Source of the DNA: Polyangiaceae bacterium
GTDB lineage: Bacteria; Myxococcota_A; Polyangia; Polyangiales; Polyangiaceae
Direction of reading: 5' to 3'
Length of the DNA stretch: 41,142 nucleotides
Assembly (NCBI GenBank): GCA_035063585.1
Contig: JAPSGB010000039.1
Location: 1-41,142, forward strand
Shown: positions 17,092 to 27,684 of the stretch, one piece after another
How the letters are laid out: the number at the start of each line of letters is the position of its first letter
How positions within the stretch are numbered: the stretch's first letter is position 1
Notes under the pieces: generated by a model
Told to the model about the DNA's origin: nothing
The model's database searches: none
The model's input: the letters and a program-made list of their open reading frames with translations, nothing else
Made by a program: the position numbers and the translations under genes

Positions 17092-19872
17092 ATGAGCGAC
17101 CTGCCGAAGGCCTACGAACCTAGAGACGTCGAGCCGCGCTGGTATGCGTACTGGCTCGAGCATGGCGTGTTTTCCGCGAGCGTCGCCGAGAACGACGCGC
17201 GCGAGCGCTACGTCATCCCGATGCCGCCGCCGAACGTGACCGGCTCGCTGCACATGGGGCACGCGCTCTACACGCTCCAGGACGTGCTCTGCCGGCACGC
17301 GCGCATGCAGGGCAAGAACGTGCTCTGGCAGCCGGGGATCGATCACGCCGGGATCGCCACCCAGACCGTGGTCGAGCGTCAGCTCATGCGCGAGGGCAAG
17401 ACGCGACACGACCTGGGTCGCAAGGCGTTCGTCGAGCGCGTGTGGAGCTGGAAGGAGCAGAGCGGCGGTCGCATCGCCGAACAGATGCGCGTGCTGGGCT
17501 TCTCGGCGGACTGGGAGCGGCTGAAGTTCACCATGGACCCGGACCTGAGCCACGCGGTCCGCGAGAGCTTCGTCCGCCTCTACGAGGAGGGGCTCATCTA
17601 CCGCGACACGCGGCTCATCAACTGGTGCAGCGACTGCCGCACCGCGCTCTCCGACCTCGAGGTCGAGAACGAGCCGGCCGAGGGTGAGCTCTACGAGTTC
17701 GCCTACCCGTCATCGGATGGAGCGAGCGAGCTAGTGGTCGCGACCACTCGCCCCGAGACCATGCTGGGCGACACCGCGGTGGCCGTGCACCCGGACGACC
17801 CGCGCTACCGGCATCTCCACGGAAAGACGCTGCGGCACCCGTTCTTGAACCGCGAGATCCCCGTCATCACCGACGCCATCCTGGTGGACATGGAGTTCGG
17901 GACCGGCGCGGTGAAGGTGACGCCGGCCCACGACTTCAACGACTTTGCCACCGGCAAGCGCCACGGGCTCGAGGAGATCAATGTCCTGAACCCGGACGGG
18001 ACGATAAACGAGCAGGGCGGACCATTCATGAACATGACGGTCGCCGAGGCACGAGCGGCCGTGAAGCGCGCGCTGGCGGAGGCCGGGCTCGAGCGCGGCT
18101 CGAAGCCGCACGCGCTCCAGCTCCCGCGTTGCCAACGAACGCACACCATCGTCGAGCCCATGGTGAGCACGCAGTGGTTCGTGAGGACCGAGCCGCTCGC
18201 CCAGCCGGCACTCGAGGCGGTGCGTGACGGACGCACCAAGATCCTCCCCGAGGAGTGGGTGAAGACCTATGAGCACTGGCTCACCGGCATCCAGGACTGG
18301 TGCATCTCGCGGCAGCTCTGGTGGGGCCACCAGATCCCGGCGTACTACTGCCCGGGCGGGCACATCACGGTGGGGCGCGAAGCACCGGAGGCCTGCGCGA
18401 CCTGCGGCGCGGAGTCGCTCACCCAGGATCCCGACGTGCTCGACACCTGGTTCTCGAGCGCGCTCTGGCCCTTCTCCACGCTCGGCTGGCCGAAGCAGAC
18501 GGTGGCGCTCGAGCGCTTCTATCCGTCCTCCGACCTGGAGACAGGCTACGACATCCTCTTCTTCTGGGTCGCGCGCATGATGATGATGGGCCTCCATTTC
18601 ATGGGAGACGTGCCCTTCCGCCGCGTGCTCCTGCACGGGCTCATCGTCGACGAGACGGGCGAGAAGATGAGCAAGGTGAAGGGCAACACCATCGATCCGC
18701 TCGATCTCGTGCAGGGCGCGAGCTTCGATGCGGTGGTGGAGAAGGCCCTCCCCGGCGCGCCCCGCGCCGAGGCCCTCGCGAAGTTCAAGAAGGCGTACCC
18801 GTCGGTGGCTCAGATGGGCGAAGGCTTCCCGGCGTTCGGCGCGGACGCGCTCCGGATGACGCTGTGCAGCTACCCGCCTCAATCAAAGCGCATCGCGCTG
18901 TCGCCGAAGCGCATCGAGGGATACCGGAACTTCTGCAACAAGGTCTATAACGCGGTCCGCTTCGCGCTCGACTACGTGACGAGCGTGGAGCTCGACGGCG
19001 CGCCGCCCCGGCCGACCTTGCTCGTGAACCGCTGGATCCTCGCGCGCCTCGCGCACGCCACCGAGGCGAGCTCGCGCGGCATCGATGGTTTCCGCATGGA
19101 CGACGGCTCCGGGGCGCTCTATCGCTTCTTCTGGGACGAGCTCTGCGACTGGTTCCTCGAGGCGACCAAGCCGATCTTCACGGGCGGCACCGAGGCGGAG
19201 AAGCTCGAGACCCGGCAGACGCTCGCGCACGTGATCGAGACGTCGCTGCGCGCGCTCCACCCCTTCATCCCCTTCATCACCGAGGAGCTCTGGCAGCGCG
19301 TGCCGCGCCCGGCGTCGCGGCCGCTCTCGGTCGCGCTCGCTCCCTACCCGACGGCGGCGGCCGACGGTCGCGCCGACCCCGAGGCGGAGGCCGAGATGGG
19401 CGCGCTCATGAGAGCCATCGGGGCCGCGCGCGCGGTGCGAAGCGAGCACGGTGTGCCGCCGAACGCGCGGGTGCCGCTCACCTTGCGCGCATCCGACGCG
19501 GCGCTCCGCCAGCTCCTCGAGCGCGAGCAGCGGACGGTCGAGTTCCTGGTGCGGACGGACGGCGCGCCGCTCGTCGAGAGCACCGGCGGCGAGCGGTCTA
19601 AGGGCTTCGTGATGAGCGTGGCGGGCGAGGTCGAGGTGCTGGTCGGGCTGCGCGGCCTCGTCTCGGCGGCCACCGAGCAGGATCGCATCGAGCGCGGCCT
19701 CAAGAAGACCAGGAAGGACGTCGAGGTCCTCGACAAACGCCTCGCGAACCCGAAGTTCGTCGCGAACGCCCCCGACGAGGTGGTGCGCGAGGCCCGCGAG
19801 CAGCTCGACGCGCTCGAGCGCCAGCTCGCTCGCCTCGAGGAAGCGCGCGCGCTGGTCAGCGAGCTCGAGTGA
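17092..19872 (+). CDS. valS: valine--tRNA ligase
   Basis: PPPNVTGSLHMGH, DHAGIATQ, TTRPET, DWCISRQLWWGH, DVLDTWFSS, KMSK and a C-terminal coiled coil. Confidence 0.99.
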   Translation: MSDLPKAYEPRDVEPRWYAYWLEHGVFSASVAENDARERYVIPMPPPNVTGSLHMGHALYTLQDVLCRHARMQGKNVLWQPGIDHAGIATQTVVERQLMREGKTRHDLGRKAFVERVWSWKEQSGGRIAEQMRVLGFSADWERLKFTMDPDLSHAVRESFVRLYEEGLIYRDTRLINWCSDCRTALSDLEVENEPAEGELYEFAYPSSDGASELVVATTRPETMLGDTAVAVHPDDPRYRHLHGKTLRHPFLNREIPVITDAILVDMEFGTGAVKVTPAHDFNDFATGKRHGLEEINVLNPDGTINEQGGPFMNMTVAEARAAVKRALAEAGLERGSKPHALQLPRCQRTHTIVEPMVSTQWFVRTEPLAQPALEAVRDGRTKILPEEWVKTYEHWLTGIQDWCISRQLWWGHQIPAYYCPGGHITVGREAPEACATCGAESLTQDPDVLDTWFSSALWPFSTLGWPKQTVALERFYPSSDLETGYDILFFWVARMMMMGLHFMGDVPFRRVLLHGLIVDETGEKMSKVKGNTIDPLDLVQGASFDAVVEKALPGAPRAEALAKFKKAYPSVAQMGEGFPAFGADALRMTLCSYPPQSKRIALSPKRIEGYRNFCNKVYNAVRFALDYVTSVELDGAPPRPTLLVNRWILARLAHATEASSRGIDGFRMDDGSGALYRFFWDELCDWFLEATKPIFTGGTEAEKLETRQTLAHVIETSLRALHPFIPFITEELWQRVPRPASRPLSVALAPYPTAAADGRADPEAEAEMGALMRAIGAARAVRSEHGVPPNARVPLTLRASDAALRQLLEREQRTVEFLVRTDGAPLVESTGGERSKGFVMSVAGEVEVLVGLRGLVSAATEQDRIERGLKKTRKDVEVLDKRLANPKFVANAPDEVVREAREQLDALERQLARLEEARALVSELE

Positions 19873-22228
19873 CGCGTCGCTCGCCTGCGGCCGGCGCGCT
19901 CGGGTCCGCAGCGCCGGTCGTGGGCGCGTGGGCTCTCTCGCCTCCCCGGCGGGTCGGCGGAAACTCGACCGCGAGCAGGCGCGGATAGATCGCGACGACC
20001 GGGTGGAGGCCGCGTATTCCCCGGAACTCGTACTGGAACTGGAGGGTCCCCGAGCCGAGCGCGCCGCGGCGCAGGATGAGCCCCGTGGCGGCGCCGACCG
20101 CGGCGTCCATGCGAGCCACGTCCACCGGAGCGGGCACGCCCGCGCAGGCTCCACCCCCGCAACGCTCGGCGCGCGAGAGCCGCTCGAGCTCGATGACCCA
20201 GGCGTCGCGCCACCATCGCAGGCTCGCCGGGACCTTCCCGCCATCGTCTCGGGCGAGTTGCGCGAGCTTTCCGCGATACTCTGCCCGCGCGCCGCCGCGC
20301 GACGCCCGCCCGCGCAAGACGAGCAGGTATCCCTTCACGACGAACAAGAGATCGGGCGAGATGGTGTCGTCGGGAGTGAGCGGTGTCGACGCGACCCGCT
20401 CGAGCGTCGCCTCCGCCTCTTCTACTCGCCCGGCTCGCCCAAGTGCTCCCGCGACGTCGAGCGCGGCGCGGAGCCTGAGCTCGGCGGGCACCTGCGGGGC
20501 GAGGAGCTGCCCCGCGACCTGCTCGAGCACGGTGAGCGCGCGCTCGGATCCGGTGAGCGCGACGTCCGCCTCGGCGAGCGTGAGCACCAGCCGCGAGCGC
20601 GAGAGCAACTCGGGGACGCCAGGTAGCGCGAGCGCGAGCTCGCTCCGCGCGAGCTCTGCCTCGTCCGCTCGATCGTACGCCACCGCGGACCAGAGCGTGA
20701 GCAGCGCGCGCGTGAGCGCGAGCTCGGGTGGGAGCTCGGCCTTGGCGAGCGGCGCGACGAGGTTCATCGCGTCGCTCTCGTCGGTGAAGAGCGCCGCGAC
20801 GCCGAGCACGCCGGCTTGGGTGAAGCGCTCGAGAGGAGAGCGCTCCGCGAGCTCGCGCGCACGACGCTGGAGGTCCTCGCGGAGCGCGCCGGGCGGCGCG
20901 GGTCGCGCATCCGGTGCGCCGGCTTGGTGGGCATCGAAGCCGGCGGCGACGCTATCGGCGAAGAGCGCCACACCGGCGAAGCGAGGCGAGGCTGCGCTCG
21001 CCTCCTTCGACGCGTCGATGAGCGCCTTCAGTTGCGCGCGAAACTCCTGGGCTCGTTGCTCGCGCGATCCCGAGCGTCGGGCCGAGGCGTACGAGAACGG
21101 CACGACGTGGGAGTACCCGAGCCAGGTCTCGATCGCCGGCGCGTCACGCCCTCGCTTCGAGCTCCAGGCGCGCGCGAGGAGCGCCAGGCTCGAGCTTGCG
21201 AGCGGGCTCGAGTCCCACGCCGCCGCGCAGACGGGCCAGCTCGCGGGCGCGCCGGCGAGGCCTGGGCACGTCCCGCCGTCGAGCGACGCGAGCGCGAGCG
21301 CCGCGGCGAGTCCGAGGTGGGTCGCGGCCGTGGCGCGGTGCGGCTCGAGCAGCCGGAGCGCGTCCGCGCTGCGGCCGAGCTCGACCAGCGCGCGGGCGGC
21401 CGTCACCGCGCGGTCGACGTCGAGCGCCGGCTCGGTGAGCGCGCGCTTCGCGTCGCGGGCGAGCTCGACCGAGCGCTCCGCTCGCCCAAGCTCGGGTTCC
21501 AGCGCTCCGCGCTCCGCGCCGCCGCGCGCGCGCGCGAGCGCGGCGACCGCGCGCTCGACGTCGAGCTCCGCGGCGGCGCACTCGACCACCGCGAGCGCGC
21601 GCGCCGGACCCCCGTCCGCGTCCTCGGCGGTCTCCCGCGCGAGACACTGGAGGTCGCGTCGCGCGAGCGTGGCGGCTGCTCGCTCGATCGCCTCCGAGAG
21701 ATCGGCGAGCGGAACGTCCGCTCGCAGCACGTCGGGCGAGCGATCGCGGAGCCAACTCGCGGCCGCGCGGCGCGCCACCTCCGCCACGACGCCGGGTAGC
21801 TCGGCGAGCCTCGCCTCATCAATGCCCACTTGCAGCTCGTAGAGCTCATCCGAGCCCACGCTCGTCGCCGCGAGCGCGAGCAGCGCGGACGGCGCGTCAC
21901 CGCCGGCGGTCAGGTGCAGGAGCGGTCGCTCGGCGGCGATCGCGCCGTCCGCGCGGATGAGCTCCGCGCGGCGCTCGGGCGCGAGCCGCGCGACGAGCTC
22001 CACGAGCTTGCCGCGCAAGGACGGCGGGAGCGCGTCGAGGACCGGGCCGCTCGGCTTCACCCGCGCGAGCGCGTCGGCGAGCCTCCCGCGCGGCGTCGCA
22101 GCCCGCTCGTTCGGCGCTCGCTTCACGAGCGCCCCGGACTTGGGAGCTAGGGGTTGTCGGTTCGGCGCGGGACCGCAAGCGGTGAGCGCGAGCGACGCGA
22201 GCGTGAGCGCAAGAGTACGACCGAGCAC
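19856..22228 (-). CDS. large Ala/Leu-rich helical lipoprotein of unknown function
   Basis: GTG start, LASLALTAC lipobox, 790-codon ORF with TPR-like helical composition. Confidence 0.7.
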   Translation of the reverse strand: MLGRTLALTLASLALTACGPAPNRQPLAPKSGALVKRAPNERAATPRGRLADALARVKPSGPVLDALPPSLRGKLVELVARLAPERRAELIRADGAIAAERPLLHLTAGGDAPSALLALAATSVGSDELYELQVGIDEARLAELPGVVAEVARRAAASWLRDRSPDVLRADVPLADLSEAIERAAATLARRDLQCLARETAEDADGGPARALAVVECAAAELDVERAVAALARARGGAERGALEPELGRAERSVELARDAKRALTEPALDVDRAVTAARALVELGRSADALRLLEPHRATAATHLGLAAALALASLDGGTCPGLAGAPASWPVCAAAWDSSPLASSSLALLARAWSSKRGRDAPAIETWLGYSHVVPFSYASARRSGSREQRAQEFRAQLKALIDASKEASAASPRFAGVALFADSVAAGFDAHQAGAPDARPAPPGALREDLQRRARELAERSPLERFTQAGVLGVAALFTDESDAMNLVAPLAKAELPPELALTRALLTLWSAVAYDRADEAELARSELALALPGVPELLSRSRLVLTLAEADVALTGSERALTVLEQVAGQLLAPQVPAELRLRAALDVAGALGRAGRVEEAEATLERVASTPLTPDDTISPDLLFVVKGYLLVLRGRASRGGARAEYRGKLAQLARDDGGKVPASLRWWRDAWVIELERLSRAERCGGGACAGVPAPVDVARMDAAVGAATGLILRRGALGSGTLQFQYEFRGIRGLHPVVAIYPRLLAVEFPPTRRGGERAHAPTTGAADPSAPAAGERRVTRAR

Positions 22229-22265
22229 GGTCCCGTGATAGCACGCGTCGCGCCGGTCGAGACGC

Positions 22266-22291
22266 CGCGGTTCCGCGCCGGACCGGCACCC
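22266..22291 (-). repeat. dispersed ~26-bp repeat (consensus copy), intergenic
   Basis: Reverse complement is identical to 11678..11703. Confidence 0.85.
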
Positions 22292-22328
22292 AGGAGAGGG
22301 CGGCGCGGAGGCGGCCGGGCGGTCGAGG

Positions 22329-23621
22329 TCAGAACTCGTGCCCGATCATGAAGCGCTTCGCGCCGGTGTCCGCGCGGAACGAATAGAGCGCGGTCCAGCT
22401 CGCGAAGTAGACCTCGTTCGCGGTCGCCGCGACGCCGGTCTGGACCTGGGTGGTGGCATGGATCTCGATGTCCCAGAGCCGCGAGCCGGTGCTCGCGTCG
22501 AGCGCGACCATGCGCACGCCCTTGTTGCCCTTCAGATTGTAGGGAACAAAGAGCTTATTTCCGGCGAAGGTCGCGATCTGCGTGAGGACGTTCACGTCCG
22601 TGGTCAGCGGATCGACGCCCGGCACCACCGTCTGCCAGAGGATCTTCTTGCCATCGACCGCGGCGACCATCGAGACCCCGGTGCCGGGCGAACGGGAGCC
22701 GAGCATGAACGCGCGCTTGCCGCCGTCGAGCACGAGCGCGCGATGCGCGCTCATCCCTTTGATGGCATGAAGCTCCGGCAGGCCGAGTCGTTCGTATTCG
22801 GACCAGCCGAGGATGCGATAACCCGGCCCTCCATCGTCGTGCGAAGTGTGGACCGGACGACAGGGAGCCTTGGCGCGGTCGGTGAGCTTCTGACCGCTCG
22901 CGAGGCTGAAATCGTGAGCCGACTCGTCGCTGGTCGTGATCCGCACGAAGCCGTCACCCGCGCACGCGGAGCGGGCCTGATCCGTCACGAGCCCGGCCCA
23001 CGCCGGCTGGCCATTCTTGGCTTGATAGGCCTGGAGCTTCCCGAGCGCGTCGACCGTGATGAACACGTCGCCGGCGAGGAGCCGCACCGCCATCGAGTCC
23101 GCAGCCTCTTTGGTGATTGCCGAGCTCCGCCAGAGCTCCTTGCCAGCCGTGCCATCGTAGGCGGCGATCCAACCCGAATCGGGCTTCCCTCGCGGTGAGG
23201 TCTTCCCGATCACATCCATCACGCCGTCGCCGTTCACGTCGAAGAGAAACGGGCGATCGTTGAACGAGGTCGCCTCGACCATGCCCGAGAGCGACGGGAC
23301 CGAGAACCCCCCGCCGGTGGACCGTGCCGCGTGGAAGACTGACGCCCCGACCGCCGCCAAGGTCCCGAGCACGGGCAGGATGAACATCAACGGCAACCAT
23401 CTGAGTCGTCCCGTCGCGGCCACGGTGAGCTGCTGAAAATCTTGGGCTCCCATCGGCGACTGGCCGAACTGGACGACCACCTGCTGCGGGGGCGGGGGCG
23501 CGACTCGCCGGGGCGTCGCGTGGGTGCCCTGGCAATAGGGGCAAGTGACCTGCGTCGCCTCGGGAGGAACGGTGAGCGGCGCGCCGCAGGTGGGGCAAGT
23601 GAAGGCCTGGAGGTCGGACAT
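22329..23621 (-). CDS. Zn-ribbon + single TM + PQQ/BamB-like beta-propeller protein
   Basis: GAGGAG RBS; CPTCG...CPYC; TM helix; propeller repeats AYDGTAGKELW, AYQAKNGQPAW and ALDASTGSRLW; one DVNGDG motif. Confidence 0.85.
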   Translation of the reverse strand: MSDLQAFTCPTCGAPLTVPPEATQVTCPYCQGTHATPRRVAPPPPQQVVVQFGQSPMGAQDFQQLTVAATGRLRWLPLMFILPVLGTLAAVGASVFHAARSTGGGFSVPSLSGMVEATSFNDRPFLFDVNGDGVMDVIGKTSPRGKPDSGWIAAYDGTAGKELWRSSAITKEAADSMAVRLLAGDVFITVDALGKLQAYQAKNGQPAWAGLVTDQARSACAGDGFVRITTSDESAHDFSLASGQKLTDRAKAPCRPVHTSHDDGGPGYRILGWSEYERLGLPELHAIKGMSAHRALVLDGGKRAFMLGSRSPGTGVSMVAAVDGKKILWQTVVPGVDPLTTDVNVLTQIATFAGNKLFVPYNLKGNKGVRMVALDASTGSRLWDIEIHATTQVQTGVAATANEVYFASWTALYSFRADTGAKRFMIGHEF

Positions 23622-23806
23622 CGAAGGGCGCTCCTCGGTTACCCTTAGCAACCGCGAGCGCCAAAGCCAACCGGCTCCACCGCGCCTCGTCGCGGCTCGT
23701 TTCTCGTGAACTCCAGGAACCTGCGCCGCGGGCGCGCCGGGTCGCCGGCGGCGTCGAACCGGCCGACCATCCCCTCGCGAGGCTGGTAGACTCTGCCCGG
23801 TAGGCG

Positions 23807-25558
23807 ATGGACTCGGACTTGACAAGCAGCTCCGATCGTCGGAGCGGTCCGCCTCCTGGGACCGGCAAGGAGGAGCTCCGCGCCACGGTGCTCAAGCCCT
23901 ATCTGCTCCGGCTGCGTGACGAGCGCGGCGAAGCGGCGGCGCGGGCGCTCCTCGCGACGGTCGGCGTGTCTACGACGGTGCTGGAGGACGACGCCGCGTG
24001 GCTCAGCGTCGCGGCCGCCGAGCGCGCGCTCGAGGGGCTCGCGACCGCGCTCGGAGACGACGCCATCAGCCGGCGCGGAGCGTGGATGACGCACCCCGAG
24101 GTGCTGAGCGCGTACGTGCGGATGCTGCGCGTCGCCTCTGCGCCCGAGGATGCGTACCGCTACCTCGCGGCGTACGCCGCCGAGTCGACGCGGGTGGGAG
24201 CCTGGAACGTCGAGGAGTGCGGGCGCACGAGCGCGAGGCTCCGCTATTTCCCACGCGAGGACGCCGAGTCGCGCGAGACGAGCCCTCTGCTCTGCCGGGC
24301 TCGCGCAGGCGAGCTCGCAGGGGTGCCGCGGATCTGGGGGCTGCCCGACGGGGTCGTGACCGAGACGTCGTGCCTGGCGCGCGGTGACGCCGCGTGCGTC
24401 TACGTGGTCCGCTGGGAGGTGCCGCAGCGGCGGCGCGCCTTCGCGCTCGGCGCGGTTGCGGGCGCCGTGCTGGGCGGCGGCGCGGTGAGCCTCTCGGGTA
24501 ACCCGGTCGCGGGCGTCATCGGCGGGATGCTGGGCGCGGGATTTGGTGCGCTGGCGAGCGCCCTCACCGGCAAGATCGCGGAGGAGCGGGCGGCGCGCAC
24601 CTTCGAGAAGAACCGCATCGCCGCGCTCGAGCGCGGCCTCGAGACGCGCGGTCAGCTCGGCCTCGCGACGCCGGGCGAGCTGACCGGCGCCGTGCTGGGC
24701 GGGAAATATCGCGTGATGAGGCGGATCGGCTCGGGTGGCATCGGCGCCGTCTACGCCGCCGAGCACCTCGCGCTCGGCTCGGAGGTCGCGATCAAGGTGC
24801 TCCGGGGCGCGGCCGCAGCGGACGCGGCGGAGATCGCGCGACTCCGACGCGAGGCGCGGGTGCAGGTGTCCATCGAGCATCCGAACGTGGTCCGCACCTT
24901 CGATCTCGACGCCATGCCCGACGGCTCGATCTACGTGGTGATGGAGCTGCTCCGCGGGATGAGCTTGTCCGAACGCCTGAAGCGACAGGGCATCATCGCG
25001 CCGGGCTACGCCGTTCCGGTGTTCATGCAGGTGTGCCGGGCCCTCGACGCAGCGCACACCGTGGGGGTAGTTCACCGCGATCTCAAGCCCGGCAACGTCT
25101 TCATCTGCGACGATGGCTCGGTCAAGGTGCTCGACTTCGGGATGAGCAAGTTCGCGGAGGCGGAGTCACTCACCGAAGACGGCTACACACTGGGCACACC
25201 CGAGTACATGTCGCCCGAGCAGTGCATCGGCGCGCCGGCCGAGCCGCGCTCGGATCTCTACGCGTTCGGTGTGCTCATGTACGAGGCGCTCGCCGGAGAG
25301 CTCCCCATCCGCGGGCGAAACCGCGCGGAGCTCCTCGAGCTCCATCAGCGGCTCTTACCGGAGAGCCTGACGGAGCGGCGACCGGAGCTCGACATCCCGG
25401 CGGCCCTCGACCGCGCGGTGATGTCCTGCCTCGCCAAGCGCGCGGCCGAGCGGCCCGCGACCGCTCGGGAGCTCGAGCGACAGCTCGTGGCCGTCCCGCC
25501 GGAGCAGCCGATCTTCGAGTACCCACCCGGAACCAAGACCCGGCGGCTCGCCGGCTGA
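23807..25558 (+). CDS. membrane Ser/Thr kinase with an N-terminal V4R/H-NOX-like domain and a TM hairpin
   Basis: N-domain ends ETSCLARGDAACVYVVRW; two Gly-rich TM segments; GSGGIG, VAIK, HRDLKPGN, DFG and SPE motifs. Confidence 0.9.
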   Translation: MDSDLTSSSDRRSGPPPGTGKEELRATVLKPYLLRLRDERGEAAARALLATVGVSTTVLEDDAAWLSVAAAERALEGLATALGDDAISRRGAWMTHPEVLSAYVRMLRVASAPEDAYRYLAAYAAESTRVGAWNVEECGRTSARLRYFPREDAESRETSPLLCRARAGELAGVPRIWGLPDGVVTETSCLARGDAACVYVVRWEVPQRRRAFALGAVAGAVLGGGAVSLSGNPVAGVIGGMLGAGFGALASALTGKIAEERAARTFEKNRIAALERGLETRGQLGLATPGELTGAVLGGKYRVMRRIGSGGIGAVYAAEHLALGSEVAIKVLRGAAAADAAEIARLRREARVQVSIEHPNVVRTFDLDAMPDGSIYVVMELLRGMSLSERLKRQGIIAPGYAVPVFMQVCRALDAAHTVGVVHRDLKPGNVFICDDGSVKVLDFGMSKFAEAESLTEDGYTLGTPEYMSPEQCIGAPAEPRSDLYAFGVLMYEALAGELPIRGRNRAELLELHQRLLPESLTERRPELDIPAALDRAVMSCLAKRAAERPATARELERQLVAVPPEQPIFEYPPGTKTRRLAG

Positions 25559-25587
25559 GCCCCGGGAGATGCGTTATGCTGGCGCCG

Positions 25588-26498
25588 ATGCGACGGTCGT
25601 TCCTCGTGGGCGCGCTCGCCGGGCTCGCGGTGGCGGCGCTCGGCCTCGACGCGCGCGCCTTCACTTACATCGTAACGCCCGAGGACACGCTCGCGTCCAT
25701 CGCGGAGCGCTACTACGGCCGCATCCAATACGAGCAGCTGCTCGTGGCCGCCAACCAGCTCGACGCGCACGGCGGGACCTCGATCGTCGCGGGCGCTCGC
25801 CTCGAGGTGCCGGCGCTCGGTCATCGCCGCACGAAGCAGGGTGACACCTGGGCGACGCTCGCCAAGGACCTGCTCGGCGCAGAGAGCCGCGCCGACGTGC
25901 TGGCTGCCGCTAACGGGACCAGCCCGTGGCTCCCCCCCGCGGACGGCGCCGAGATCGCGATCCCGTACAACCTCCGGGTGGTGGCGGCGGGAACCGACAC
26001 CATCGTCACCATCGCCTACAAGTACATGGGCGACATGAACAAGGCGTGGGTGCTCGATCACTATAACGGGCTCAAGGGCCGGCGGCTCACGCGCGGCGAC
26101 GTGGTGCTGGTGCCGCTCACCGATCTTCCGCTCACCGAGGCCGGCAAGCGCGCGGCCGCCGAGGCAGCCAGCGCGAGCTGCAGCCAGGCGGCGGGCGACA
26201 CACGCCTGGCGCAACGTCGAGTAGAGGGCGAGCTGCCAGCGCTCATGGCTGACGTGCGGAGCGGCCGCTACGTCGACGCGGTGGCCCGCGGGACGCGCTT
26301 CCTCTCCTCCGGCTCGCTCACTCAGCCTCAGCTCGCGCTCATCAACCGTCAGCTCCTCGAGGCCTACGCCGCCCTCGACGCTCAGGGGCTGGCGACCTCC
26401 GCGTGTACCGAGTGGCGCAAGAACGACCCGCGCGCACGGATCGATCCGGTGATGATGAGCCCGAAGCTGGTGCTCGCGTGTGAACGCGGTAGGTCACC

Positions 26499-26502
<4 letters not shown>
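25588..26502 (+). CDS. exported multi-LysM peptidoglycan-binding protein
   Basis: Signal peptide, then three LysM-like repeats (YIVTPEDTLASIAERYYG, QGDTWATLAKDLLG, TDTIVTIAYKYMG). Confidence 0.85.
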
Positions 26503-27623
<1,121 letters not shown>

Positions 27624-27684
27624 TGACCGATACTTCGACACCCGAAGCCCGAGGCGCCCCGAGAGCGCGTAGCTCCGAGGAAGC

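Noticed and set aside
19856..19872. Convergent 3' overlap of valS and the lipoprotein gene as an antisense system
   Set aside because: Short tail-to-tail overlaps are common in high-GC genomes.
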